Positions 1 to 12,690 of a stretch of DNA of 64,000 nt are shown piece by piece (positions within the stretch are counted from its first letter, which is position 1; each line of letters opens with the position of its first letter). The notes under the pieces are model-generated. The model was not told where the DNA came from. It saw only the letters and a list, made by a program, of their open reading frames with translations, and did no database searches. This DNA comes from Bispira polyomma (Eukaryota), in the NCBI GenBank assembly GCA_965649765.1, contig OZ287753.1, positions 11,594,001-11,658,000 of the forward strand, in the 5' to 3' direction. The position numbers and the translations under genes are program-made.

Positions 1-298
1 TGAAAAACATTCAACTTAATTCTTAATTGTCTTTTAATCGCTGTAGTGTTTATGCTACAATGTACACCTTTATACAAGTAAAAACAAAGAAAGGGAAATG
101 TTCTTCAGTTATTTCTTTCAAATGAATAATTTACTTTGATAATATATTTTAACTGATTTTTTTTTGATTATTGGACTATTTAATGAACTATATATTGATT
201 AATCCTAGAATGCCAAGCAGTATCTTGTGAGGGATTATTTTTTCCAGCAAAACGATGTGTGTCGTATGGACATGATAACCAATAAACACATAAATTAC

Positions 299-493
299 CC
301 AGCATTCCTGGTTCTCCGTATACTTCAGCAGTAGTTCCTGGAGCTTTTCTCCAACACCTCCCTTTTTCCCAAATTTCTCCACGAGATCTCGCGTTTTCTC
401 GTACTGGTCTCGTGGCAGCACAGCCTGGATGGTCAGCAGGTACTTGTCCAGGGTATCAGTGAGTTTGGGTACAGGCAGCTTGGGTAGGCCGGC
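299..493 (-). CDS. ChAT: Choline O-acetyltransferase, coding exon 3 (65 aa, phase 0-0); gene continues beyond left edge
   Basis: Encodes AGLPKLPVPKLTDTLDKYLLTIQAVLPRDQYEKTRDLVEKFGKKGGVGEKLQELLLKYTENQECW, the LPxLPVPxL start of the choline/carnitine acyltransferase domain. Bounded by tttacag| (AG at 495-494) and |gtaatt (GT at 298-297). Same strand as and downstream of VAChT, which favours ChAT over a carnitine acyltransferase. Confidence 0.92.
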
Positions 494-888
494 CTGTAAA
501 GTACACAGGTGTGACTGTGATATAGAAAACAACAGCATATAAAAAGGTCAGCAGGTACTTGTCAAGGGTATCAGTGAGTTTGGGTACAGGGAGCTTGGGT
601 AGGCCAGCCTGTAAAGTACACAGGTGTGACTGTGATATAGAAAACAACAGCATATAGAAAGGTCAGCAGGTACTTGTCTAGGGTATCAGTGAGTTTGGGT
701 ACAGGGAGCTTGGGTAGGCCAGCCTGTAAAGTACACAGGTGTGACTGTGATATAGAAAACAACAGCATATAGAAAGGTCAGCAGGTACTTGTCTAGGGTA
801 TCAGTGAGTTTGGGTACAGGGAGCTTGGGTAGGCCAGTTTGTAAAGTACACAGGTGTAACTGTGATATAGAAAACAACAGCATATAGA
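431..888. repeat. Tandem repeat, 4 x 115 bp, each unit = 52 nt intron end with acceptor + first 63 nt of ChAT exon 3
   Basis: Units start at 431, 546, 661 and 776 and are near-identical. Acceptor CAG is intact at 494-496, 609-611 and 724-726 and mutated to CAA at 839-841. Confidence 0.97.
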
Positions 889-1039
889 GCCAGGGTTAAT
901 ATTGATAATACTGCAAACAACGGAAAGAACTTGGCTCTGCCTTAAAATAATACAGCATTCTGTTAGGTTCAACAATAATTTGTTTTCCTGGACTTGGAAT
1001 GAAAGCAACTAAATGATTGAAACTACTAATACCAAAGGT

Positions 1040-1290
1040 TTTAATCACTGTAATTTTGTCAACAGTACTTAAATGTTGTTTAAATGGCGACTTCAGTAAG
1101 CTGAAGGCCTATCTTTTTGAACAGGCTTTTCCACCTTAGCCATCGCAACCATTTACGGTAGTCTCCCTGGTTACGATTTCCATCCGCCCACTATTTTTGA
1201 TTTTCGATTAACGTTTTGGGTTTGTTGCGCCTTAGAATTTGTTGTACAAAGATTAAGCGCTATAAAAGTACGACTAGATTAGATTAGATT
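1040..1290 (+). mobile_element. L2-like LINE 3' end remnant with (TTAGA)n tail
   Basis: ORF-end-like ctgaaggcctatctttttgaacaggcttttccaccttag and tagattagattagatt tail; a related copy lies at about 48560-48755. Confidence 0.5.
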
Positions 1291-2049
1291 CAATAAAAGT
1301 ATAGTCCGAAAAAATCTACAATTTTACTTTTGTACCGCTGAGCTGAGTATTTTTAACATTAAACATAATACTGTCGTTCAGTTCTTTGACTTGACTAAAG
1401 TTACTGCAGACATCTTCTATGTGTGTTTTTAAATTTGAAAGTTTTGATATTTTTGTAATTTTTAGTAAATAAAGATTACATTTTTTTTTTTTTTGCTTTT
1501 TCTTGTATAATAAATATTTGAATTACAAAATTCCAAGGCCTGTTGGGTATATTATTTCAGAAACTAATAAAACTCGTGTGTATCTTTGATATTTCATAGT
1601 ATTCCCCTGTGATCAAAGATTTACAGGAAAAAAAATGCTTGTTTAGAAAAGTTTTAAAGACATTCCCTCAAGAAATGATCAATAGTTTTAAATTAGGTTA
1701 TGAAAAGTAGTATCTTTACTTTGTGAGAAAAAATACAAACCTCAGTCATGTTATCAATAAAACAGGCCTCATTTAAAAGGATACCATAATTCTAAGATAT
1801 CTATAACAGTTCTATATACTTTTGTAGTCTTGTTGGTTTTGCTTCTCCATATCCTTTTACAAAGGTTATTGATAAAATGAAAAAGACCTGAGTTTTTCAT
1901 GGTTCATTGCAGTTATTTCATTTCCCTTTATTTTTCAAGTTCAACTGAGCCGAGTAAGAATCATTAGAAAAAACACTGACACATCATCAACTGGGGGGTT
2001 TTGAGGAAGATTACAGTAAACCTCCGTAAATATGACTAGTATATTATTG

Positions 2050-2580
2050 AATAACTTTATTTCAGGCATACATGATGGTCCATATGACAAAAGAAAGATA
2101 AGAATATATTAATATATACATAAAGATGCACAACTATTTAAGTTGCTTGAGGTATACACATTATGCTACTTTACTTATATGCATTCATTCCATTGAGCAA
2201 TTACTTTTGAAGATTTATATATGTAACTAAAATAATAGTTACCAACAAACTTGTTATTACAGATTCTGTGAAGCAAACTAGCACAGTTTATTCGAGTTGT
2301 TTCTTGATATGACCTAATACTATGTCGGACAAACATTTCAAATGCACTGTAATGAACTGGATATTTAAGCAATGCCCTAGAACTATTTTTGTAAGGTACC
2401 ACAAGCTTTTTGTAGATACTCTGTCTATATCCACTCCATGGGACAATAATACAAGCTGTACATATAACTCCTAAATAGCATACACTCCACATGAGCAGAT
2501 TATGACCCACTAGACACCCCGGAAACTGCACTAAAAATGTAAGCAATAATTTGCAACAACACCTTTTCTCGAGATGCTGT
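2050..2580 (-). mobile_element. Degenerate LINE 3' end
   Basis: Minus strand ends in tatggacc...tgcctgaaataaag; the upstream frame has remnants resembling a C-terminal Cys/His region. Confidence 0.4.
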
Positions 2581-4160
2581 TGCAAATATTGTGCACAAAA
2601 CGGTCTCGCAAAAGGCTGTCAAACCCATTGTGCACAAAATGGTGTTGTGAAAGGCTGTCACACGCGAACGGTTCATGATCTGTTAACTGGAGTAAATGAA
2701 AAATAAAGTTTTTGTGATAATTAGTTTGTTGTCAATATTTTTTTTTATTGATGAAAATGAAAAAAAAAAATGAGAAGATTGTTAATTGTTAAATAATAAT
2801 TCAAATTGTGATTTCTGAATTGCAGCTAACATCTCAAAACCTTAAGACATAACCCATAGATAAACCTCTAAATATTCTTGGTTAATATTGAATCTAATCC
2901 TGTTAAAAGGTTGACCTTTCTTCCAAAACAGTGCAAGAAATGCTGAAGCAAAACCAACCCATAGGCAGCCAGGGAGAATAGATTATTTGTCACAATTTTC
3001 TGCTGTCAAAAGCCACAGACAACTAAAGCAAATGGGTGAAATACTTCAGGTTTTCTCCCCCCCCCCAGAAAATGTCATCTTTATTGATAAAGCAAGCAAT
3101 GAATTGAGGTCAAGGGAGCATGCTTTCTTTCAAGGGGGGAACATGCTTTATTTTCCGGCCTTACCATTTCTGGAATTGTCTTCATCGATTCTTGCAGTTC
3201 ATTTAAGATTGTCGGGCGATAATAACACATTCTACCAAAAAAAAAAAAAAAAAAAAAACTCTATGGAGAAAAGAACTCCATCTAAGATTTTAGCAATTTT
3301 TTTGAAACAAAATTGTCAATAATATTTTACCAAAGGGAAATATACCATCAATTGGTAACCTCTTTTTGTATGCTGGTCTTTTAATTTTATTTTTTAAGTG
3401 AAGAAAATCTTGGTAGCAGGGGTAACAAGGGAAGGAGAAAAAGTTTATTTTTCTTTGAGGTTAAGCTTAATCCAAAAGCCGTGACAGTGTGGGAAGAGGC
3501 TCTAGGCTTTTTGTCATAATTCAGGCTAGGTCCTGGGGACTCTCTGGAGAACATTCTTGATACAAGGGAGATAAGAGGCTGAATATTCAATTTATTTCCT
3601 ACATTTACGCCCACGTGTCGTAGTGGCTTTTTGTGACTTTATGGTGTCTTTCTTAATATGCTGAAGGGAGAAAACATAACCGGTTATTATGTCGTCAAAT
3701 AAAAAAACCCAGGATTGTTTAGTTTATAGGTTTAATTCATTTGTTGAGTAGTCATTTTGAGTAATTATATGTGTGCTCTTATATTCACACTTAAGATTTT
3801 GCTAAAAATATTAAAGAATAAATAGAAAACAATACAACATGGGGTTACTTTTTGACATTAAGTGGCACCTACTTTTGGCGGGTCTGAGGAAGTCACTTGA
3901 GTCATAAACCAGACGACATTTGGGAGAGGAAGGGCATTACAACAAACCAGACTGCTTTCTGGTAGATCACCATGGGCGATAATGGGATAATTCTAATTGT
4001 TTTGCTTTTGCATTTTTTTGGTTATGAATTATATGCAATGCACAAACTAGATTTTTTTTGGGAGAAATGGAATGTGTATTTGTGTGAATATTACTTTGAG
4101 GTTAAAGTTTAGAAATACAGATATAATAATGAAATACATGTTGATTACTTAAACCTTTAA

Positions 4161-4367
4161 CTCTTTCCATCCCAAGAGAAAACTATCCCAGGGAGCTGAA
4201 GGAAATGTTTTGGAAATAGTTTACATATAGCTGGAGTCACTAAAACAAAAACTGTAGACTACTTCTGGCATTCAAAAATGGTCTCACATATAATTTTTTT
4301 ACAACAATGGGAATCTGTAATATTTTTGGGTGTCAACGACTTGTCAACAACATACGAGTTGAAAGGG
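4161..4367. mobile_element. TTAA-flanked MITE (piggyBac-like ends)
   Basis: ttaa|ctctttcca ... ttgaaaggg|ttaa. The internal ctggagtcactaaaac...agactac segment recurs at about 13830-13960 and 61130-61330. Confidence 0.6.
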
Positions 4368-4489
4368 TTAAGAAACAGAGACAATCACACAATTAACACT
4401 AATTATTGATCATGTAAGAAACTAAGATAAATTTATCCTGTTTCTTTGTTTGTTACTTAGACAAATTTCACTCCCATAATGTCTTCTAG

Positions 4490-5030
4490 GAACTGTGGTC
4501 GCCTATGTATTAGAAGAGTTCAATTCAGAATCACTGGCCATTTAAAGTGGGTTTTAAGATTTGTAGGTTTGAATGTTTGTCAGGTACTTGCAGTAAGTCT
4601 GTGTTTTACAGTACTTCAGCACTGGTTTGATTTAAATCTGGATGTCGTGATATGACCTAATTTGTTAACATTGACGTGAAACCCCACCTCAATTCATAAT
4701 TCTCTTTTAGGCAATATATCATTATTGTATATATCAGAAAATCATGAAGTAACTAAAATATTATATTTTTTGGTAAGAGTGTGTGTACCTGAGTGGGGGC
4801 CACTGTAGTGACTTAGTGGTTTGAAGGGATTGCTTCACAGATACTGGCCTCTAACCAATGTGTCTGTTCGAATACTGTCCCATCCTTTATGTGGCAAAGT
4901 TTTTCAGGTACGTACCGTAGGCCAATGTTTTACACCGTGGCTTCAGCACTGGTTTCTTCCACCATCAAAATCTGGCCGTCGCATTTATGACCTTAGCTGT
5001 TGAAACCCAACTAAATTCAAACTAACTAAA
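4490..5030 (+). mobile_element. Two tandem copies of tRNA-derived SINE family A (V-SINE/RUDI-like)
   Basis: Copies at about 4490-4695 and 4795-5030 with A-box-like tagtgg, B-box-like gttcgaa and body aagtt...caggtac...gcttcagcactggtttcttccacca...tatgacct. Family name is from recall, not a search. Confidence 0.75.
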
Positions 5031-5163
5031 TTCTTAGTTATGAGTAAAACAATGGTATGATGTAGTATAATGACATGCAAAGTGGCATAATCATGTGTCT
5101 GCATTCTCCCAAAATCTTAAACCCACCTTTGAGTCAAGCTCAAACCTAAGACATTTTGTACCT

Positions 5164-5256
5164 CTGGGGTCGTATTCACAAAGGGGCTTAGCCAGGTCTT
5201 AGGCTTAAATCAGTATACTTTTGTGCTAGATTTAAGCCTAAGACCTGGCTAAGTCC
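5164..5256. mobile_element. Palindromic MITE remnant with perfect 25-bp stem
   Basis: 5187-5211 cttagccaggtcttaggcttaaatc is the exact reverse complement of 5229-5253; 17-nt loop; preceded by ctggggtcgtattcacaaag. Confidence 0.65.
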
Positions 5257-5577
5257 TGGTTGACGTTAAATCAGAGTAAAACCTGAACTAAAGAGGGTGC
5301 CCAGGTGTTTCTCCATCACACATTTCACTGACTCTTCTTTTGACTAATGTCTTTGTCTCTTTACTGCTGTAAAAGTGTCACACCATGGTACTATTAATGT
5401 TCCCCTCTCTCCCCCACACACAAAACCTGACATGTCATGAGTCTCCAACCTTTTAACGCCACCCAACGACACAAGACAAACCACTTTGTGTGTCCAATTT
5501 AAGAGAAAAGTAAACAAGTCAACAAGTCCTCTTAGACCTAGACACAGTGTCATACACACAGAGGGATGTACACCAAA

Positions 5578-6320
5578 AAAACAAGAGCTGTCTTTTTAAA
5601 AAGACACAGCCGGACATATCATGAAATACACACATTCATGGATATGGCCACTATTTATACCCAGGCAATTCTGACACCCCCCCTCCCCTCACTTTGGACA
5701 TGTCGATTGATTTTAACCAGTCTATGAAAGGCCTTATGTGCCAGTCCCACCGGATTTACGTTAGGATATATAAGTCAAGCATGGCCTTATAAAATATTTG
5801 ATGCAAAACATGCAAAACTAGAAATTAGCGATTTTCTCCACGTTGAAGGCTTTAACAGAGGTTGAAATTCATGTATTAGTACTTCAAAAGCCTTAAAGTC
5901 TCACAGGGGATGGATAAGTTCATGTCCAAGTATGTATTTAAACCCCCGTATGACATGTATGAGTACGCCAATACACGTAAAAGGACGTCATAATGATGCA
6001 CATTTACACACTGTGACGCATATCCACGTTTCAGTACGTCATACATTTGCATCTCTTGTGTGTCCAAATTTCAAACAGTTTAAAATTATAAATTTCTGGC
6101 ATCTCATCTCTCACCCCAGGTTATGTATGTTTATGTATATTACGTTAACTCCTGCATACTCCATGCAAACCCTACGCAAATACATTTTCTAATGACTCCT
6201 AACATAACATGGCCGGTGGGACCAGGACATTACATATTATTTCTAAGATGGCGGTACCCTTTCCAACATGGCGGCACCTTTTTCAGAATGAAAACAACAT
6301 CAGGTAGTACCTGATACAAA
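5578..6320 (+). mobile_element. Non-autonomous element starting AAACAAGAG and ending in a short stem-loop (Helentron/HINE-like)
   Basis: Shares aaacaagag.tgtctt, atatggccacta and cagaatgaaaacaa..tcagg.....cctga blocks with 29641-29850 (-) and 39258-39480 (+). Confidence 0.6.
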
Positions 6321-6937
6321 GGGCGAGAGTACTTTTATACCCACACCCCAAAGACATGTATACATGTCACTCCTTTTTGTGAGACCCACCCTAAAACTTG
6401 GACAATGGGGATGTGTTGGGGATGCAAATTGCTGGCCTTACTTTAGCTCCCATTTAAACATAAATATGTATTTAATGTGTGTACACTATACAATATCTAA
6501 GCTATTTTATTACCATAGTAGAATATTTATTCTAAACTTAAGAGAAGAAATTGTTACTCCACAAACGTGTCATCTACCTGTAATTGTTTTACATAATAGT
6601 TTTGGCCAGTTCAGTGACATATTGTATTGTATTTTGTATTTTTAATTCGCCTTATTGACGATGAGGTATCGTCTGGAGTGCAACAATATAATCAATTGAT
6701 CAATTGAGAAGTCCATAAGTCATTAGTAGCCAAGGTCTGTAAAGAAATGATGTGGGGGTGTACAGGGAAGTGAACAAACTGTGTAGGTAGAGGAGGCATC
6801 AGCAGTGTAGAGATAACACTTCCCACCTCCACAATAAGGGGTTCGATTCTCAGCTGTAGCATGTAGTATATGTAGAAAATTTGCAAGTAGACTATTATTT
6901 AATTTAAAGCTCAATATAAATCTAAACGAAAATATAT

Positions 6938-7400
6938 ATGAATAGAACTGAACTGTCTGTTAGAAGAAGTTTTGTAATGATAAGGATTTTTGAACAATGT
7001 TTAGGTTTGAGGAGCAACATTGAAAAATCCCTAACATTTGGGAAGAATACAGACATTTGTACAGATTTGAACATGCAATGGGTGAAACAATTTACCTTGT
7101 CAGGAATACACTTTGATACAAACTTGGTAAATATGGTTCATCTCAATTACACATATAAAATCTTAGAAATAGAAAAGGTTTTCTCAGCATTTAAGAAGCA
7201 TAAGCTAAGTATAATAGGGAAAGTAACAGTAGTAAAGACCTTGGGCATACCAAAATTAATCAATGTTTTAACTGTGTTACCTTAACGAAACGGTGAAATA
7301 TTGCAGAATATAGAAAAATGTTGATAAAGAATTTATTTGGAACAATAATGTTTTAAACGAAAATATTTTATAGAGCCATTGACCAGGCTATGAAGATGTT
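6938..7400 (+). pseudogene. L1/Tx1-type LINE ORF2 fragment (post-RT region)
   Basis: LSGIHF...KLSIIGKVTVVKTLGIPKLINVLTVLP motif typical of Tx1/L1 ORF2, followed by stops and frameshifts. Confidence 0.75.
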
Positions 7401-9875
7401 GCATGACTTCAAAGCACTAATCTCATTCTAAAGTAGCCCTTTTATGCCAATCCTCCAACCTCACGCCATTTACCAAGATCTCGTGAGACTTGACCCCCAT
7501 CCTCTCCCGATTTGCAAGTCAGTGACAGGGTTAAGTAGAGTCATTCTCATCATGGGGGCAAATACTAGGTCATACACTCTGTGTGTGTATTGCAGTATCC
7601 GAGTGGCGATTTCCATTAATTTTGTACCTTTAGTCAAATACGATTTCATTAAGTTAGCGATCATATGTAAAGCAAAGACAAACAGCCAATCAAATTACAG
7701 CATCTACATTAAGTACAAAATGTTCCCAGTTGTTTCGGTGAAAACTTAGTGCTCCACGAAAAGTTTCAAAGTGGCTAATCAAATAAACAATGCACTCAAC
7801 GGCTAAAAAATAATTCTCAAAGGTTTGCCACTCGAATAAACAGTATGTCTGTATGTTTCTCTACGTTCCTGTCTGTGTAGATCTCTGTGTGAAACTATGC
7901 CTGTATGTGTACGTGTATAAGTGTAAGATCTATTAACGGTTCCAAATTGATGACATTACTGCGCATGTCTAATATGAACTTTCACCTTAATCACTCCCTC
8001 AAAACCAAAAATAAATGGCATTTAAAAAAATATTTGTGTTTCTAACAGTCAAATTTTAAAGACACTTATCAGGTATTCTTATAATAATTAGCTATTAAAT
8101 ATTATACCCATTGACCCCTTAACTGTTAAAAGATCCATGTGTTAATGTTAATAAAGCATAAGCGGTGGGGTGGTCTGTGGCTAAAACTTAAACTTCCATT
8201 AATTTAGAAATATTGCCTTTATACATTATAAGACTGTATATAAAATAGCTTGCAGCCACAAAAAATATTGTATGAGTAGAATGTACATAAATGAATCAGG
8301 TACATTATAGGAATCGTAGTAGGAGTTTTAAAGGCCAGCTTGGGATATATATATACTTGACCAACATAATATATTGCACAAATTAACAGTTTTTAGCTGA
8401 AACAAAAAAAAAAAAAAAAAATTACAATTAAGTTTGAATATTAGATAATTTTGTGCATATACAGATAAAGATTTTCACTATGAATTAATTTTCATTATTT
8501 AAGCTCACCGTCTGAAATATCTAAACATAAATAAAGACATTAGTAAGTTACAGCCGGTATTGTTCACTTAAAAAGGTATGCATATCTAGACTATAACCAT
8601 TGTTGATGAATTCATTGAATGGATCTATGTAATCTTTGTGTGACGTCACGCTGGTCCTATTTATCCTTAGACTGGTGAGAGATGAGGAGGTGGGGGAGGG
8701 GGGGATCTAGGGGAGGGGGTGTAGTCTTCGGTGGATTAAGACGTGATCCAGTTAACCCCCAGGGGTGGTGTGGGGGGTAGGCTGAAGCTTATTATTAAAC
8801 CTAATTCACGCAAGTCCTATGAGAGGCAGCTGGTAATGTGTCTGTTTGTCAGAGGCTGGGAGCTCTTTTCATGTTAGCCAGACTTTTAATAGACGCAAAA
8901 AGACCAATCTAGCATCAAAACCAAAGATACCAGGGGGGAGAGGCGTTATTTCCTGATATATGTATTGTTTTCGAATAAATGATACTCATGATACCCGATC
9001 TACAGCAAATAACTAACAAACTTTCCCACATGTAGGAACAAACTGTAAAAAGTCCACTGTAAAAGTGGTTGTATTTTTGAAACGAAGCATGGGATAATTG
9101 GGTACATTAATGAATGAAAATTGAAGATATATTATGGTATTATTTGTTTAAAGTTATTTCCTGTAAAAAAATAATATTTTAGGGTAAAGTATTTTTTTAT
9201 CGCTCACTTCTCCCATTTGTAAATAATTGACATTATTGTCAACTGAAATGACCAGCCACATGTAAGAGAGCGACAATGAAAGAATTTTATGCAAAATAGG
9301 TTGGCTATCATCGTAGAGAGCACCGAGAAGTACCGACTTCCATATAAGGAAATATATTTGTTTTTGGCAAACGACTCGGTCTGAACCGCCAACGATGTGC
9401 TACATATTGTTGTATTGACAATGGAAATGACAGGAGGCCACGTATATGAGTAAGTTATTAGTGCTTTATTTATTATGTTAAATGTACGCATCTTATAAAA
9501 TAGGTTAGTATTGATTTAAAAGTTGTCTTTGCGATAATATATTGATATATCGCCAATTATGTACGTGACAGACTTCAGTTCTTTTCTTCGTCAATTTCCG
9601 TTTGTCTTTGGTTCAAAACATGACACAGAATGAAACTTCCATGATGCCGATAATATCTACTTGCCGATAATACCTCGCAAGGCAGTATATATATACATCT
9701 AGACTATCACTGGTGGTAAACTGGTAAAACCAATTTTCTGGTGACTTGGAAAAGGAAGAGTGAATGGTATAGTAATTCTGATATCTTGGAGACCATGAGT
9801 TCCAGAAGGTTGAATACTTACCCTTACTCCACTATGAGGAAGAGGGTGTTGTGACGGTATCTTTTTTGCCTTTTA

Positions 9876-10388
9876 TGTCCTGGTCACACCTATACATTCT
9901 AGAACTACGTTTGTGTCACGTTGTGTTCATTTAGAAAACGGTTTGAAACGTAGTAGGAAGTGGGGATGCCTTCTGTGATCGTTTCTTTACGTTCTGCGAC
10001 GGATAAAATCTTCCCCGAAATGTCTCCGTTTCATCTTTGGAGTGTACTGTTTCAAACTGTTTGGGAAGTCCCAGTAAGTAGTGAGATCGTCTCAACTCCT
10101 CTCCGTTAGTCAAAAACATTTCACTAAGTAGCAGAAGGCAACAAAATGCACCAGTAAGTAGCAGTATAGTAGCTCTACATAGTAGAAGGTAGTGATATCC
10201 TACCAGTAAAGTGTTAGATTTTTACCCCCGCTTTGTGTGTATAAGTCCCAACATCGTCACAAAACGTCACAAAAGATCACAATCGACTCCCTCTTTATGA
10301 AAATGACGTCACTTTAATACAATACCACTATGTTTTTAGTGTATATTGCTTAGGGGGGGCGTTAAGACGTGTAGGTGTGACCAGGTCA
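9876..10388. mobile_element. PIF/Harbinger-type MITE, 513 bp, copy 1
   Basis: TIR tg(t/a)cctggtcacaccta at both ends; 3-bp TSD TTA (9873-9875, 10389-10391); colinear with 57055-57566. Confidence 0.85.
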
Positions 10389-11059
10389 TTAGAAAAGTTT
10401 ATGTGCATGTGCCCGTATTGACAGTGTTCACATGTGCCCAGCAGAGTAGGCAGTGCCAGAAGGGCAGCAGAAGATACTGTAACTTTCCGAAGTCTTACCG
10501 CTCATTAAATCGGCTGTTTCATCTCGGCAAAATATTTCCCCTGAAACTTGTCCATATAAGTTTTTACAGACAGCAACAGATTGAAAAAAGATGGGAACAA
10601 ACAATTACTGGCATGGAAGACATGGAACAGAAATATTTGGAAAAAGAGGGGATCGGGAGGCAAAGTTACAGTAGTGAAATAGAAGTACCCAGAAGTAATA
10701 AGAAAAGAGTGGAAACAGCCATTCAATGTAAGAGTCACAGTAGTAATTTGGCAATACTGGCTCATGGCTAGCAGGTGTTTTCCGCCATTTCCGCCTTGGT
10801 CAAAACTTCCGCCTTACTTTGCACGGCTGACTGCACAAGGTTTGGAAAGGAAAATAAACATATAGATAGGATTATAAATAGGATTCATAGCATTACAAGG
10901 CAATTTTCAAATGTCTCTAACCGACTTTCCTTTCCGTTATAGTGTGATCACTACTTTAACCTGAAACCACTAAGAAGCTGGGACTATTTACCAGGGAGAC
11001 TGGGCGGAGATAAATAGGTTTGAGAATCAAAGACTTTTCTAAATTATTGTGGATGGCAA

Positions 11060-11061
<2 letters not shown>

Positions 11062-11095
<34 letters not shown>
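11062..11095. repeat. (TG)n microsatellite
   Basis: About 17 uninterrupted TG units. Confidence 0.95.
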
Positions 11096-11096
<1 letters not shown>

Positions 11097-12554
11097 AGAG
11101 AGGGTTGTTTGTTGGGAGGGGTGGAAACAATTGTGCTTGTTATTTCATATTTTCTCATGGAAAATCTATGTGGGAAGAAGAGTCTCTTTGAGAAAACTGC
11201 TTATTTTTGAAAAGGGGTGGTTTCTCAAAAACCAACTAGAGATAGAATTTACCAAGAAAGGATTCTTTACCACATTTAGTTTTTATGTCAAACTAATATT
11301 GATTTCCCTTCAAATAAGATAAAACTTGTGTTTTTTCCCTCAAGTTCAAAATAACACATTTTACAATGTTACTGTATACATGATGCCAATATACAAATAG
11401 TTCTATTTTTACAAGGGAAGAAAATGATCTAGCTATAGATTTATGTTGGTAAATACAGCTAGTGCTGTATATTCTCCAGAAAGAAACTTTGAAAACTCAA
11501 ATTCACACACAACTCTCAAATGGAAGATTATATGTGGAAAGTTCTTAGATATGGAAATAACCATTTCTTGTTTGACCATTCAGTACTGGATTAATATATC
11601 CTGTCATATTTGATGTAAAATCACTCCAGCCAGAGATTTTGGGCTTTTGAATAGGAACTCAAATATAGACTTACCTTTCCGATGAAGGACCATATCTGGA
11701 AAGTCCTTATATATGGAAATAACCTGTACTTGTAACCATTCAATATAGTAGAGCTTTTATTGCTGAATTCAAATATGGAGTCACATTTAATGTAATATCA
11801 CTCCAGCTAGACATTTTTGGGTTTTTAAATCTTAAGTCCAGAAATTGCGATTTTTTTTGTGGAGAATACGAACACCCTGGTTTTATAGGGATTGTCCAGG
11901 AGGGAGGGGAATGGGGGACTTAGACAAAGGGGGGCAGGGGGGGGGCAGAAAGCTATATGGGGAGAAAATTGGTAGTAATGTCATTGTCTTATCAAACCGC
12001 CTGTCCCATCTAATCAGGCTTGGAAGTCTATAGGGGAGATACATTTACCCCCCCCCCTCCCCCCACCAACACACACCCCCAAACAAATAACCGCATCCTA
12101 AATCTGATGGTCTGGCAGCCTTTCTGCAGATGGGTGAAAGATAGGGATAGGAATCACTTAAGTGAGGTTCACACTGAGGTTCATACTATGACGGTATTGG
12201 AGGCGGTAAGGGAAGTTTTTAAAAATCATCTTGTAGCATGGCAAACCCTATCTATAACTTTCCCTAAGTTTGGCTTACTTCCTGAACCTTTTTCAGTCAG
12301 CTGTGCGAGGCAGAAGTTTTGAATAAGTTTCACTCCATATCTTCACCTAGATGGATCAGCCGGTATGAGAGGCGGAAATACAAGTTATAATACATTCTAG
12401 TACCTATTGATATCACCTAATACCGCCGACCATACCGCTAAAATGTGAACAGGGCATTAGAACAAGGGAGTACTGTATATGTACAATGGGACGTTATTAT
12501 AGAATTCTTGGGTGCATTTATATACAGAACTACCACTTAATGGTGTTTATAAGA

Positions 12555-12690
12555 ATTTGAATTTAGTTGGGTCTTACAGCGCTTTCAACAGCTCCGGTCA
12601 TATCACAACGGCCAGATTTAATGGTGAAAGAAACCAGTGAATTACAAAAAATACCTGGCAAACTTGAAGCAACAAATAGGATTAGAAACC
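12555..12690 (-). mobile_element. SINE family A, partial
   Basis: gaatttagttgggt...ggtcatatcac...ggccagattt..tggtgaaagaaaccagtg is the reverse complement of the family A 3' half. Confidence 0.7.

Noticed and set aside
456-883. Three 65-aa ORFs resembling ChAT paralogues
   Set aside because: They are read-throughs of the 115-bp repeat; their ATGs lie in intron sequence and only 21 codons are ChAT-like.
431-888. CRISPR-like array
   Set aside because: Eukaryotic context, no unique spacers, and the units are direct duplications of a splice junction.
10346-10771. 141-aa plus-strand ORF with a possible exon at about 10570-10726
   Set aside because: Starts inside a MITE terminus, is flanked by transposon-like ttccgcc repeats, and has no partner exons or recognisable domain.
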